In this document: piece after piece, positions 9,077-18,462 of the stretch
Layout: each line of letters opens with the position of its first letter
Position numbering within the stretch: position 1 is the stretch's first letter
Assembly (NCBI GenBank): GCA_965219685.1
Contig: CBDCOH010000002.1
Location: forward strand, 992,001 to 1,056,000
Source of the DNA: Candidatus Spongiisociaceae bacterium
GTDB taxonomy: Bacteria; Actinomycetota; Acidimicrobiia; Spongiisociales; Spongiisociaceae
Length of the DNA: 64,000 nucleotides
Direction: 5' to 3'
The notes under the pieces: generated by a model
Database searches by the model: none
What the model was told of the DNA's origin: nothing
Seen by the model: the letters and a program-made list of their open reading frames with translations, nothing else
Position numbers and translations under genes: made by a program

Positions 9077-10846
9077 CTACGAACGGCTCAGGTCGTAGAA
9101 CCAGATCTGGTTGTTCGGGTACCACGTGTATCCCTCGATGTCGGGCGCGAACCCGTACCTGGTAGGAGCTCCCACCACCGACAGGTGGGGAACCTCGTCG
9201 GCCATGATCTGTTGCATCTCGGTGACCAGCGCGGTCCGCTCGGCGCCCGGCAGGACCGACAGAGCCTCGGCGATGGATGCGTCGAAGCGCTCGTTGGTGA
9301 ACCCGCCGAAGCTTAGGAAGCCGGTCGGGCCCGACACGTACAGCAGGTAGTGGTACGGGATGTCGGACACGATGGCGTAACCCTGGTGCAGCACCATGCC
9401 GATGTCACCGGAGTTGCCGACCTCGATGTACGCGGCGGCCGGCTTCGGGTCGATGATCACGTTGACGCCGATCTGCGCCAGCGAGTCCTTCAGCAGCACC
9501 GCCACGTCATCGTGGTCCGCCACGTCGGAGTTGATCAGGAGCGGGATGTCGAACCCGTCGGGGTAACCCGCGTCGGCGAGCAACTGCTTGGCCGTCTCGA
9601 CATCGCCGTTGGCCGGATAGGGCCAGACGTCGCCGTTGTAGTCGGGATAGGAGTCGGGCGCGACCATCGCCAGGGCCGCGGCGTCTCCGCCGTACACGTT
9701 GTCGATGATCAGCGACTGGTTCACCGCGTACTGCATCGCCCGCCTGACCGCCGGGTCCTCGGTCGGCCCGGAGCCGGGACGGGTGTTCATGGCGGCGAAG
9801 ATCACCTGGTTTCGCACCGCCGACACGGTCTTGCCCTCGTCGGCGCTGAGCGACGCCAGCTCGCGGCTCGACAGGTTCTCGGCTATGTCGATCTGGCCCT
9901 GCTTGAGCAGCGCCAGCCGCTGCGACGAGTCGGGGATCTCCCGGTAGATGATCTCGGAGAAGAAGGCCTCACCCCTCCAGTAGTTCTTGTTGGCCCTGAG
10001 CACCAGCTGCGAACCCGGGGTGAACTCGTCCACGTAGTAGGGGCCGAACCCCATCTGGTTGAGCTGCATCCACTCGGTGGCCCACGGGTCGTCGTCGGTG
10101 GCGTGTGACTTGGCCACCGTCGAGTCCGCCGGGCTGATGGTCTGGAGCTGCATCGCCCTGAGGAAGAGCGGGTTGGGAGAGGTGATGGTGATCTCGATCG
10201 TGTAGTCGTCGATCACCTTGACGTTGTCCATCGACGGGATCTTGGCGACGCCCACGACGAAGGCGCCGACCACGCCCACTCCGAAGTTGCGGGCGATCAT
10301 CCAGCGCAGGTCCTCGGAGGTGAACTCGTTGCCGGCCGCGCTCATCACGCCCTGGCGCAGATGCATCGTGTAGGTCAGGTTGTCGTCCGACACTACGGTC
10401 TCTTCGACCAGCGCCGGGAGCATCCCGGCGTCGCCCTTGCGCAGTTCGGTGGCGCCGCGCACACCGCCGGGTCCTTCCTCCGACTCGAACCAGTAGAGGG
10501 AGTCCAGCACGGTCGTGATGACCTCCACCGACTCCTGTCCGGGGGCGAACTCCGGGTCCAGCGTCACGGGGAGGGCGGCCACCCCGACGATCAGCCGGCG
10601 ACTCTCGTCGTCCATCATCTCCTCTTCGGGTTCCTCGGCCATGTCCTCTTCGGGTTCCTCGGCCATGTCCTCTTCAGGTTCCTCGGCCATCTCCTCCGCG
10701 GGTTCCTCGGCCGGGGCCTGGGTGGTGGCGGCAGCGGCTGCTGCAGTGGTGGTCGGTTCCGCTTCCTCCTCACCACCGCACGCGCCGGCGACCAGTGCGA
10801 ACACCAGCAGCATTCCCAACAGCTTCCGGATCCGGTGCGCAGTCAT
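9077..10846 (-). CDS. ABC substrate-binding lipoprotein, family 5 (DppA-like)
   Basis: Lipobox LVAGAC, acidic linker, GFGPYYV, LRANKNYW, VRRAMQYAVN, AKQLLADAGY; GAGGAGG ribosome-binding site. Confidence 0.9.
   Translation of the reverse strand: MTAHRIRKLLGMLLVFALVAGACGGEEEAEPTTTAAAAAATTQAPAEEPAEEMAEEPEEDMAEEPEEDMAEEPEEEMMDDESRRLIVGVAALPVTLDPEFAPGQESVEVITTVLDSLYWFESEEGPGGVRGATELRKGDAGMLPALVEETVVSDDNLTYTMHLRQGVMSAAGNEFTSEDLRWMIARNFGVGVVGAFVVGVAKIPSMDNVKVIDDYTIEITITSPNPLFLRAMQLQTISPADSTVAKSHATDDDPWATEWMQLNQMGFGPYYVDEFTPGSQLVLRANKNYWRGEAFFSEIIYREIPDSSQRLALLKQGQIDIAENLSSRELASLSADEGKTVSAVRNQVIFAAMNTRPGSGPTEDPAVRRAMQYAVNQSLIIDNVYGGDAAALAMVAPDSYPDYNGDVWPYPANGDVETAKQLLADAGYPDGFDIPLLINSDVADHDDVAVLLKDSLAQIGVNVIIDPKPAAAYIEVGNSGDIGMVLHQGYAIVSDIPYHYLLYVSGPTGFLSFGGFTNERFDASIAEALSVLPGAERTALVTEMQQIMADEVPHLSVVGAPTRYGFAPDIEGYTWYPNNQIWFYDLSRS
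10616..10711 (-). repeat. Four 24-bp coding tandem repeats (AEEPEE(D/E)M linker)
   Basis: In-frame units inside the lipoprotein linker. Confidence 0.85.
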
Positions 10847-10931
10847 TGGGCCCTCCTCTCGCGCTCCCGCTTCGGGTAGCGCTCTCGTGACTTCACGACA
10901 ATAGTGGCAAGGCCTTCCGGCCGTCCATAGG

Positions 10932-10987
10932 GTGGCTTGTGGCTTGTGGCTTGTGGCTTGTGGCTTGTGGCTTGTGGCTTGTGGCTC
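10932..10987. repeat. Heptamer array (GTGGCTT)7 GTGGCTC
   Basis: Read directly; intergenic between cupin and binding-protein genes. Confidence 0.95.
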
Positions 10988-11084
10988 GTGATGGTTCTTC
11001 GTTGTCCGGTACGACGGAGGACGGAGGGCTGTTGTCCGTTGGCACCATCCGAGGTGCATACCCGGGTTGGTTCCCGGCAAGTTC

Positions 11085-11930
11085 TCAGCGGGGTCCCAGC
11101 TTGACGAAGAGTTCGGTACCGTCGGGACTGGACAGTGTCAACGGGGCTGAATCAGCCTGGATGGATACCAGGTCACCCGCGGCGGCGGCCTCTCCGTCGA
11201 TGGACAGCGTTCCCGAGATGATGTAGGCGATCAATTGGCGGGCGAGGCGGTGAGGCTGCGGGTCTCGGTAGCCGGGCTCGAAGCGGGCGAGAAGGGATCG
11301 GGCCCCGTTGGACCAGTTGCTGCTCAATACCTTCAGATCGAGGGAGGGATGGTCGAGGTCCCGCAGCCACTCCTCCCCCGGCATCATGGCCGTCGCGGGG
11401 GTCCAGGGCATGAGCGACGATGGCAACCGGCGGATCCAGCCGCGGGGGCCGAGTGACTTCTCGAGGTTCTCGAACAGTACGTTCCGGCCGAGATCTTGGG
11501 GCGGTCTGACCCGCCGGGTGGCCAGGCCGCTGGCGTCGCCCGCGCTGATGCCTTCCTGCATCAGCAGGCCCAGGAATCCGCGGGCCGCGCGGGCCGCGTG
11601 GACCCATCCCGGCGGGCGCCAGAAGTAGTCGCCCGCCTCCACCGGGCCCTCCCCGTCGATCTCGCAACCCCCTTCGAGCACCAGGCATTCCTCCACCGAG
11701 TCGTGGTATGCGGGCCCGGGGTCGGTGAAGCCGGGCAGGAGGCGGACCAGATCGATCCGCCGGGTGGTCTCGGGGTCGTCGAGCAACGTCTTCTGCTCCC
11801 AGCGGGAGTAGGTGTCCGCCAGTTGCTCCTCCGGGCCCAGGTTGCCGCCATAGCCGTCGGGCATGCCCTGCACGGTGTCGAGCCCACTGACCCAGGCGAT
11901 CGAATCGCCCCGGACCACCGTGGCGGTCAT
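11085..11930 (-). CDS. Cupin-domain protein (ChrR/DUF4437-like, two cupin halves)
   Basis: YHDSVEECLVLEG...GDYFWRPPGWVH; second half degenerate. Confidence 0.75.
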   Translation of the reverse strand: MTATVVRGDSIAWVSGLDTVQGMPDGYGGNLGPEEQLADTYSRWEQKTLLDDPETTRRIDLVRLLPGFTDPGPAYHDSVEECLVLEGGCEIDGEGPVEAGDYFWRPPGWVHAARAARGFLGLLMQEGISAGDASGLATRRVRPPQDLGRNVLFENLEKSLGPRGWIRRLPSSLMPWTPATAMMPGEEWLRDLDHPSLDLKVLSSNWSNGARSLLARFEPGYRDPQPHRLARQLIAYIISGTLSIDGEAAAAGDLVSIQADSAPLTLSSPDGTELFVKLGPR

Positions 11931-13327
11931 CGGGTCACGCGGCGTGAGACGGGCGGCGGCGGCATCCGCGGTGTCCAGCCGGCCAGTTGCTGGATGACGG
12001 CGCTCAGGTCCAGCACGTCGTGCTCGGCGTGGGGCGGTCCGATCACTTGGATCCCGATGGGGAGACCGTCGGGAGACCAGCCCACCGGGATACTCGCCGC
12101 CGGGTGGCCGGTCAGCGAGCACAGGGAGAGGGGCCGGATCAGGGTCAGGTCACGGGGCAGGACGGTCCCGTCCGCGAACTCCAGTTCCCCCCTGTCCGGG
12201 AACGGTGCGGTCACGTGCTGGGCGGGCGCCAGCACCAGATCCGCCGCCCCCAGAACGGCGTCGAGGCGGTCCCTGTAGACCGCTCGGAGGCGCTGAGCGT
12301 CCACGTAGTCCGCAGCCGCCAGGCCCATGCCCAACTCCAGGTAGGCGAGGACATCGTCGCCGTAGCGTTCGGGGTGCTCCTGGAGCCATCGCCGGTGGTA
12401 GGCGGAGGCCTCTGCGGCGAGGATCACGAAGATGGTGGCGATCACCTCGTCCGGATCGACCACCTCGACCTCCTCGATCTCGGCTCCGCGGTCCGAGAGG
12501 CGATCGAGCACCGAGCCGAGTACGGCACCGACGTCCGGCTGCATCGGGGTCATCAACTCGCCGAGGAGCGCCACCCTGCGGATCCGCGGCTGCGAGGGAC
12601 TCCGGAGTCGCGCCGGACGGGTGGCAGGGTCGGCCGGATCCCGGCTCACCATCGCATCGATCAGGACCCGGCTGTCATCGATGGTACGGGTCATGGGACC
12701 CACCGTGTCGAGCGACCAGGCCAGGGGTATCACCCCGCGGCACGAGACGTTGCCGTAGGTGGGTTTCAGTCCGGTGAGCCCGCACAGCGCCGACGGTTCC
12801 CTCACCGACCCGGCGCTGTCGGTTCCGAGAGCAGCGAAGGCCTCGCCCGAAGCCACCGCCGCTCCCGATCCGCCGCTGGACCCGCCCGGCATCCGCTCCG
12901 TGTTCCACGGATTGCGGGTGGGAGGGGTCAGCGCTCCGTACGCGAACTCGTGCGTGTTGGACTTGGCGAGGATGATCGCTCCCACCGCCCGTAGCCGGCC
13001 GATGACGGTGGCGTCCTCGGCCGCCACGTTCCCGGTCAGTTGGCGTGATCCCGCCTCCGTGGGTGCGCCTGCCACGTCGATGAGGTCCTTCACCACGATC
13101 GGAACGCCGTGGAGCGGTCCCCGCAGCTTTCCGGCGGCGGCCTCGGCGTCGCAGGCGGCGGCCTCCGCGAGCGACCGCTCGGCCAGTACGAACGGCAAAG
13201 CGGCGATGTGCGGCTCCCACATCTCTATCCGGCGGAGGCAGGTTTCCACCAGTTCCCTGGCCGAGAGACGGCCGGCCCGGACCTCGGTGGCGGCCTGCGT
13301 GAGTGACAGGCCGGCGATGCCGGTCAT
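11927..13327 (-). CDS. Amidase-signature family amidase
   Basis: GPLHGVPIVVKD, GGSSGGS, GTDSAGSVR, GLKPTYG, GLPIGIQVIG. Confidence 0.92.
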   Translation of the reverse strand: MTGIAGLSLTQAATEVRAGRLSARELVETCLRRIEMWEPHIAALPFVLAERSLAEAAACDAEAAAGKLRGPLHGVPIVVKDLIDVAGAPTEAGSRQLTGNVAAEDATVIGRLRAVGAIILAKSNTHEFAYGALTPPTRNPWNTERMPGGSSGGSGAAVASGEAFAALGTDSAGSVREPSALCGLTGLKPTYGNVSCRGVIPLAWSLDTVGPMTRTIDDSRVLIDAMVSRDPADPATRPARLRSPSQPRIRRVALLGELMTPMQPDVGAVLGSVLDRLSDRGAEIEEVEVVDPDEVIATIFVILAAEASAYHRRWLQEHPERYGDDVLAYLELGMGLAAADYVDAQRLRAVYRDRLDAVLGAADLVLAPAQHVTAPFPDRGELEFADGTVLPRDLTLIRPLSLCSLTGHPAASIPVGWSPDGLPIGIQVIGPPHAEHDVLDLSAVIQQLAGWTPRMPPPPVSRRVTR

Positions 13328-13520
13328 CGACCGCGGCGTTCGGGGAATGGATCGACGACGTATACCACGGGGAGCACCCGGTCGGGTGGTAGCCGGAGCG
13401 CAGCGGACCGGACCGCTTGGGTCAGCAGGGTGGCGAGGTCCGGCGCCTCGGCAACCTTCCCGTCTTCCGGTGCAGCGGAGTCGTGCTCATCGTCCATCGG
13501 TCACCCCCTCCGGGAGCCGT

Positions 13521-14318
13521 TCATCCGGTCACGAAGCCGATCACCCGCTCCGAGTACTCCTCCGGTACCCGGATCGGCAGTTGGCCCGGAAGTCCCGGAA
13601 TGATCGAGATGCGAGCGTCGGGTATCAGGGCAGCGGCGGGTTCGTCCTGGTCGGCGAAGATGTCGAACTCGGCGTCCAGCAGCAGCGTCGGGCAGGACAG
13701 CCGCCTCAGCCCGGCCTCCGGGTCGTACCGGAACGCGGCGTTGTATGCCCACTGGTAGCGGTCCAGGACCGACAGAACATGTATGGCGCCCACATGGAGC
13801 ACCGCCGGGTCGGAGTCGGCTCCCCAGATCCGCTGGTAGCGCCGCCAGGCCCAATCCAGGTGTTCCCCCTGGGAGGTGGGTCGCATCGCGGGCGCCCACG
13901 ACGCCAGGTACCGGAGCCGGTCCTCCTCGGTCATCAGCGGAACGCCGCTGAGGATGGCGTGGGTGGTCCTACCCGGCGTGGCCTGCAGGGCCACCTCCAG
14001 AGCCAGCGACGCCCCCGTATGGACCCCGGCGACCGCGAACGTGTAGAGGTCGAGGGCGTCGGCCGCCTGCAGGAGCACGGAGGAGTAGTCCGGGATCTCG
14101 AAGCGGTCGTGTGGAGGAGCATCGGAACACCCGTATCCGGGCGTGTCCAAGGCGTAGGCCCGCAGCTGCCTCCCGAGGTAGGGCAGCGCCTGCTCGTAGG
14201 CAATGCTCGAGAGCGGGGACTCGTGGAAGAACAACACGGCTGGGCCGGCATCTCCGGACGCGCGGTAGTGGATCTGCCCCCATTCGACATCCACGTAGCC
14301 GCGCCTGACCGATTCCAT
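13521..14318 (-). CDS. Alpha/beta-fold hydrolase
   Basis: GQIHYR, FFHESPLS, ALDTPGYGCSD; nucleophile elbow reads GVHTG. Confidence 0.82.
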   Translation of the reverse strand: MESVRRGYVDVEWGQIHYRASGDAGPAVLFFHESPLSSIAYEQALPYLGRQLRAYALDTPGYGCSDAPPHDRFEIPDYSSVLLQAADALDLYTFAVAGVHTGASLALEVALQATPGRTTHAILSGVPLMTEEDRLRYLASWAPAMRPTSQGEHLDWAWRRYQRIWGADSDPAVLHVGAIHVLSVLDRYQWAYNAAFRYDPEAGLRRLSCPTLLLDAEFDIFADQDEPAAALIPDARISIIPGLPGQLPIRVPEEYSERVIGFVTG

Positions 14319-14328
14319 ATCGGGCGGA

Positions 14329-15945
14329 ATGGTACCGTGTGCGCGTGGCGCCGGTGACCCTTCCGAGATCTTGACAGTCTGTCTTCCCTCCGGTCTCCGC
14401 GGGACCCTGTGCGACGTCCTGGGAGCGGACGCGGTCCTTGAGGACCTGGACGACCGGCGCTTCTTCTCGCACGACATCTTCGAGGCCGGCGAGACGGCCT
14501 CGGCTGTCATACGGCCCGGCACCGTGGATCAACTGGCCTCGGCTGTGGCGGCCGTGACGGGCGCCGGACTCGCGGTGGTCCCGCGGGGAGGGGGCGTGTC
14601 GTACACCGGTGGCTACCTCCCGGTGAGAGCCGACTCGGTAATCGTGGACACCAGGGCACTCGACCGGGTGATCGAGGTGAACACGGCTGACATGCACGTG
14701 ACCGTGGAGACCGGTTGCACGTGGGAACGCCTGAGCGAGGCGCTGGAGGGAACTGGCACCGCCACGCCGTTCGGGGGGCCTTTCTCGGGCCGCTACGCCA
14801 CAGTCGGCGGCACCCTGTCCCAGAACGCCATCCTGTGGGGATCCGCCGCTCACGGGGGCGCGGCCGACTCGGTGCTCGGTCTGGGAGTGGTGCTGGCCGA
14901 CGGAACGCTGGTGCGGACCGGATCGGCCGGAACGTCGGCCGGGTCGCCCTTCCATCGCTACTTCGGCCCCGATCTGACCGGCCTCTTCCTCGGCGACTCG
15001 GGAGCACTCGGCATCAAGGTCGAGGCAACGTTGCCGCTGATGCCCAAGCCAGTGGCCGCCGGGTTCGCCTCGTTCTCCTTCCGCGACCGGAGAAGGTTCG
15101 TCGACGCGATGGCAGACGTTGCCCGCTCGGGCGCCGCGTCGACCTGTTTCGGGCTGGATCCGCTGCTCCAGTACCAGCGGGTCAGAAAGACGCGGCTGCG
15201 GGAAGGGGCCAGGAAGCTGAAAGGAGTGGTCCGTACTGCGGACACCACGGTGGCGGGTCTGCGCGATGCGGCTGCCGTCGCGCTCCGTGGAAGGCGGGTG
15301 GCCGACGTTCACGGCTATGCCATGCACGTGATCGTCGAGGAGCGCTCCACCCGGGCCGCGGAGGCGGCCATCTCCGAGATAACAGCCATTTGCAGCCGGG
15401 GAAGCCGTCAGCTACCCGATTCGGTGCCCCGCGTCATGCTCGGCAACCCTTACGTGAGCCTGGCGGCAACCCTTGGCCCGGAGGGTGAGAGGTGGATTCC
15501 CACCCACGGGATCTTCCCGCTATCGGCTGTCAACAATGCCTGGGACCGCCTCGACAAGCTGTTCGCCGAGTTCGCGGAGCCGATAGAGCGTCTCGGAGTC
15601 GTCACGGGTCTCCTGACGGCGGTGGTCGGTACCGGGGGATGCATACTCGAGGTGGTCCTGTACTGGCCCGGACCCCGGAACCTGTGGCACGAGCACATGC
15701 TCGACCCAGCCAAGTTGAGCCGCTACCGGAACTTCGAGGACGACCCCGAAGTCAGCCGCGTAGTGGCGGAGTTGAGGGCGCGGCTTATCGAGACGTTCCA
15801 CGAGTCGGGAGCGGCGCATCTCCAGATCGGCAAGCGGTACCCCTACCTGGACGGTCTGGAGCCCGGGGCAAGAGCACTGCTGGAGGCGATCAAGGACCAT
15901 GTCGACCCGCGGCGCCTGACCAACCCCGGCTCGCTGGGGCTCTAG
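14329..15945 (+). CDS. FAD-binding oxidoreductase (GlcD/VAO-type FAD_binding_4)
   Basis: VPRGGGVSYTGG, ATVGG, DLTGLFLGDSGALGI, IKDHVDPRRLTNPG; start uncertain. Confidence 0.85.
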   Translation: MVPCARGAGDPSEILTVCLPSGLRGTLCDVLGADAVLEDLDDRRFFSHDIFEAGETASAVIRPGTVDQLASAVAAVTGAGLAVVPRGGGVSYTGGYLPVRADSVIVDTRALDRVIEVNTADMHVTVETGCTWERLSEALEGTGTATPFGGPFSGRYATVGGTLSQNAILWGSAAHGGAADSVLGLGVVLADGTLVRTGSAGTSAGSPFHRYFGPDLTGLFLGDSGALGIKVEATLPLMPKPVAAGFASFSFRDRRRFVDAMADVARSGAASTCFGLDPLLQYQRVRKTRLREGARKLKGVVRTADTTVAGLRDAAAVALRGRRVADVHGYAMHVIVEERSTRAAEAAISEITAICSRGSRQLPDSVPRVMLGNPYVSLAATLGPEGERWIPTHGIFPLSAVNNAWDRLDKLFAEFAEPIERLGVVTGLLTAVVGTGGCILEVVLYWPGPRNLWHEHMLDPAKLSRYRNFEDDPEVSRVVAELRARLIETFHESGAAHLQIGKRYPYLDGLEPGARALLEAIKDHVDPRRLTNPGSLGL

Positions 15946-16087
15946 CAAGGTTCTCCTCGCTTCTGAGAACGTGCCGGTAGGTGTGGTGTCGCGGGCGGGC
16001 GGACAGGGCGGCGATACCCTATAGTCGCGGTTAGTCGCTTTGGCGGGCTTGCGCCGACAAACCCGGATCCGGAAGGTGGAGACGACG

Positions 16088-17143
16088 ATGGATGGGTCGA
16101 CCCCGACCGTGGCAAGGATGACCAGCCGCGAGCGGGTGCTGGCCGCTCTTCGGCGGGAACCGGTGGACAGGACGCCCGTCTCCAACCCCACGTCCGTGGC
16201 AACGGTCGAGCTGATGGACCTGGTCGACGCCTACTTCCCCGACGCCAACCGGGAGGCGGAACTGATGGCGCGCTTGGCGGCTACCGGTCGCACGGAACTC
16301 GGTTTCGACAGCGTCATGCCGGTGTTCTCGATAATCCAGGAGTCCTCGGCTCTCGGTTGCAAGATGCAGTGGGAGCAGAAGGACAACTGGCCGACGGTCA
16401 AGATGCGGGAACCGATCTGGGAGGAGCCCGAGGATGTCCACATCCCGGACGGGTTCCTCGATCATCGGGACACCAAGTGTGTGCTCGACGCGATCAGGAT
16501 CCTGCGGCGGGAGTTTGGAGACGAAGTGGCGATCATCGGCAAGACGATGGGGCCCTGGACCCTCGGATACCACTGCTTCGGGGTCGAACCGTTCCTGCTG
16601 ATGTCCTACGACGACGAGGCCAAGACCAAGGACGCACTCGATCGCATGAAGGAGATCTCGGTGCTGTTCGGGGTGGCCCAGATAGAGGCCGGCGCCGATG
16701 CCCTCACCTTCCCGGACCATGCCACCGGCGATCTGGTCTCCGGGGACTACTACTACCGCTACCTCAAGGACCTCCACGTCGAGATGGTCGAGCGGATCCC
16801 GGTTCCTCTGATTCTCCATATCTGCGGGCGGACGGTGGACAGGATGGGGTTCATAGCCGACACGGGTATGGCCGCCTTCCACTACGACTCCAAGAACAAG
16901 CCACTGGAGTCCATGGAGGCGGTCCGCGAGGACATCGCCCTGGTCGGCAACGTGAACAACCCCGAGACGCTGTTCTCCAAAGGACCCTCCGAGGTCCGCC
17001 AGGAGGTGTTGGCCAATCTCGAAGCGGGCGTGCAGATGGTCGCTCCGGAGTGCGCCATCCCCCTCCAGACCCCCATCGAGAACCTCCTCGAGATCCCCAA
17101 GGCCGTGCGAGAGTGGCACGCCGAGCGTGCACCGGCGGCTTAA
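16088..17143 (+). CDS. MtaA/CmuA-family methylcobamide methyltransferase (URO-D fold)
   Basis: SRERVLAAL..EPVDRTPV, GPWTL, AQIEAGAD, Zn motif ILHICG plus APEC. Confidence 0.85.
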   Translation: MDGSTPTVARMTSRERVLAALRREPVDRTPVSNPTSVATVELMDLVDAYFPDANREAELMARLAATGRTELGFDSVMPVFSIIQESSALGCKMQWEQKDNWPTVKMREPIWEEPEDVHIPDGFLDHRDTKCVLDAIRILRREFGDEVAIIGKTMGPWTLGYHCFGVEPFLLMSYDDEAKTKDALDRMKEISVLFGVAQIEAGADALTFPDHATGDLVSGDYYYRYLKDLHVEMVERIPVPLILHICGRTVDRMGFIADTGMAAFHYDSKNKPLESMEAVREDIALVGNVNNPETLFSKGPSEVRQEVLANLEAGVQMVAPECAIPLQTPIENLLEIPKAVREWHAERAPAA

Positions 17144-17160
17144 GGAAAGATGCAGGGGAC

Positions 17161-17913
17161 ATGGCGGAACTGTCCGACATCATCAACGAGACGATCAGGT
17201 TCGAGATCGAGGACTACCTGGAACGGCCGGAGGAGATTGGCCGCAACATTGAACTCTTCAGCCGGGCCCGACCCCTCATGCAGGACATCGCCGCGGCCCT
17301 CATCGAGGGCGAGCACCACGAGGTGGACCGGCTCACCGAAGGCGCGCTGGCGGACGGAATCGAGGCGCTCGAGATCATGGACGACGGCCTGATCGCGGGT
17401 ATGGGGATCGTGGGTATCAAGTTCAGGGAGAACTTCATCTTCGTGCCCGAGGTCCTGGCCTGCGCCCGCGCCATGAAGTCCGGAATGCGCCACATCGAAC
17501 CGATCCTGTCGGCCTCGGGGGTGGAGCCGATCGGCACCGTGATCATGGGAACCGTCAAGGGCGACCTGCACGACATCGGCAAGAACCTGTGCATCATGAT
17601 GCTGAGGGGCTCCGGGTTCGTCGTCGTGGACCTGGGGGTCGACACCTCGGCGGACGAGTTCATCGACGCCGTCGAGGAGCACGAGGCGAAGGTGATGGGA
17701 ATGTCGGCCCTGCTCACCACCACGATGCCGAACATGGGACGGACCATCGAGGCGTTCATCGACGAGGACCTACGGGACGAGGTCCAGATCATGGTGGGTG
17801 GCGCCCCGGTGACCCAGGAGTTCGCCGACGACATGGGGGCCGACGGTTACGGGAAGGACGCACTTGCATGCGTGGCCCTGGCCAAGCAACTCATGTCGGG
17901 CGACGACGGCTGA
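17161..17913 (+). CDS. Corrinoid (B12-binding) methyltransferase protein
   Basis: Cap domain FVPEVL, GDLHDIGKNL (DxHxxG), MSALLTTTM, MVGGAPV, GADGY. Confidence 0.93.
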   Translation: MAELSDIINETIRFEIEDYLERPEEIGRNIELFSRARPLMQDIAAALIEGEHHEVDRLTEGALADGIEALEIMDDGLIAGMGIVGIKFRENFIFVPEVLACARAMKSGMRHIEPILSASGVEPIGTVIMGTVKGDLHDIGKNLCIMMLRGSGFVVVDLGVDTSADEFIDAVEEHEAKVMGMSALLTTTMPNMGRTIEAFIDEDLRDEVQIMVGGAPVTQEFADDMGADGYGKDALACVALAKQLMSGDDG

Positions 17914-18059
17914 ACGGAGAGGACTCAGGGAGCACCGCGACGGCTCGCACCTCCGCCACACATGCGGGAGCAGTTTCGGAACGGCTTCCGCCGTCGATCC
18001 GAGCGGCGTGGTTCGAACGAGTCACGGCTCTGCACACCGGCCGGCGCCGAGTCACGAGA

Positions 18060-18133
18060 TCGCGAAAAAACGCCGGAGCGGATGTCGGCCACGGGCCCTC
18101 CCCCAACCGCCACCTCCGAGGCTCGAAACGCGT
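18060..18133 (+). repeat. Dispersed ~75-bp intergenic motif, copy 2
   Basis: TCGCGAAAAAACG...CGGGCCCTCCCCCAACCGCCACCT...ACGCGT. Confidence 0.55.
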
Positions 18134-18462
18134 CACCCTGTCCCCTGCCCAGGGTTCCCCTCGAGAATGATCCCGCCACGGTCCGATCGACGCCGGATCG
18201 GACCGATGGTGCTTGCGACTACCCCTCATTGTGCGGTACGGCTGTGACACGGTCAATCCCCTGGGGCCCGGTTGTCCGGCTGCGGGCCAGGTTGGGTGAC
18301 GATCCCGTTAGTGACCGGGTCGCTGCTCGACGGAAAGCGGGCCCACGTTGTCCTGCTTTCTCGCTCCTTCCGCCGTTCTCGGCCGACGACATTGGCGGGA
18401 CCCGGCGCGAGGGACGCGTTGATACCGGTAAACGGCGCCCTTACCGGCTAAGTTCGTGACGC

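Noticed and set aside
10847-11080. Repeat-encoded peptide (KPQATSH)n as part of the binding protein; likewise the SPFTIHH ORFs at 42250 and 61807
   Set aside because: Artefacts of reading through heptamer arrays; the true start is at 10846, with a ribosome-binding site and lipoprotein signal.
15946-16087. Cobalamin riboswitch upstream of the corrinoid genes
   Set aside because: Spacer is short and no B12-box was seen.
16357-17160. Apparent N-terminal extension of the corrinoid protein (similarly for ORFs 5150-6787, 6160-7785, 22407-23720, 27879-29237, 42403-43926)
   Set aside because: The extensions are out-of-frame overlaps with the upstream gene; better starts with ribosome-binding sites or stop-start overlaps exist downstream.
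17914-18462. ZTP or purine riboswitch upstream of purL
   Set aside because: Consensus elements not recognisable by eye; a covariance-model search would be needed to exclude it fully.
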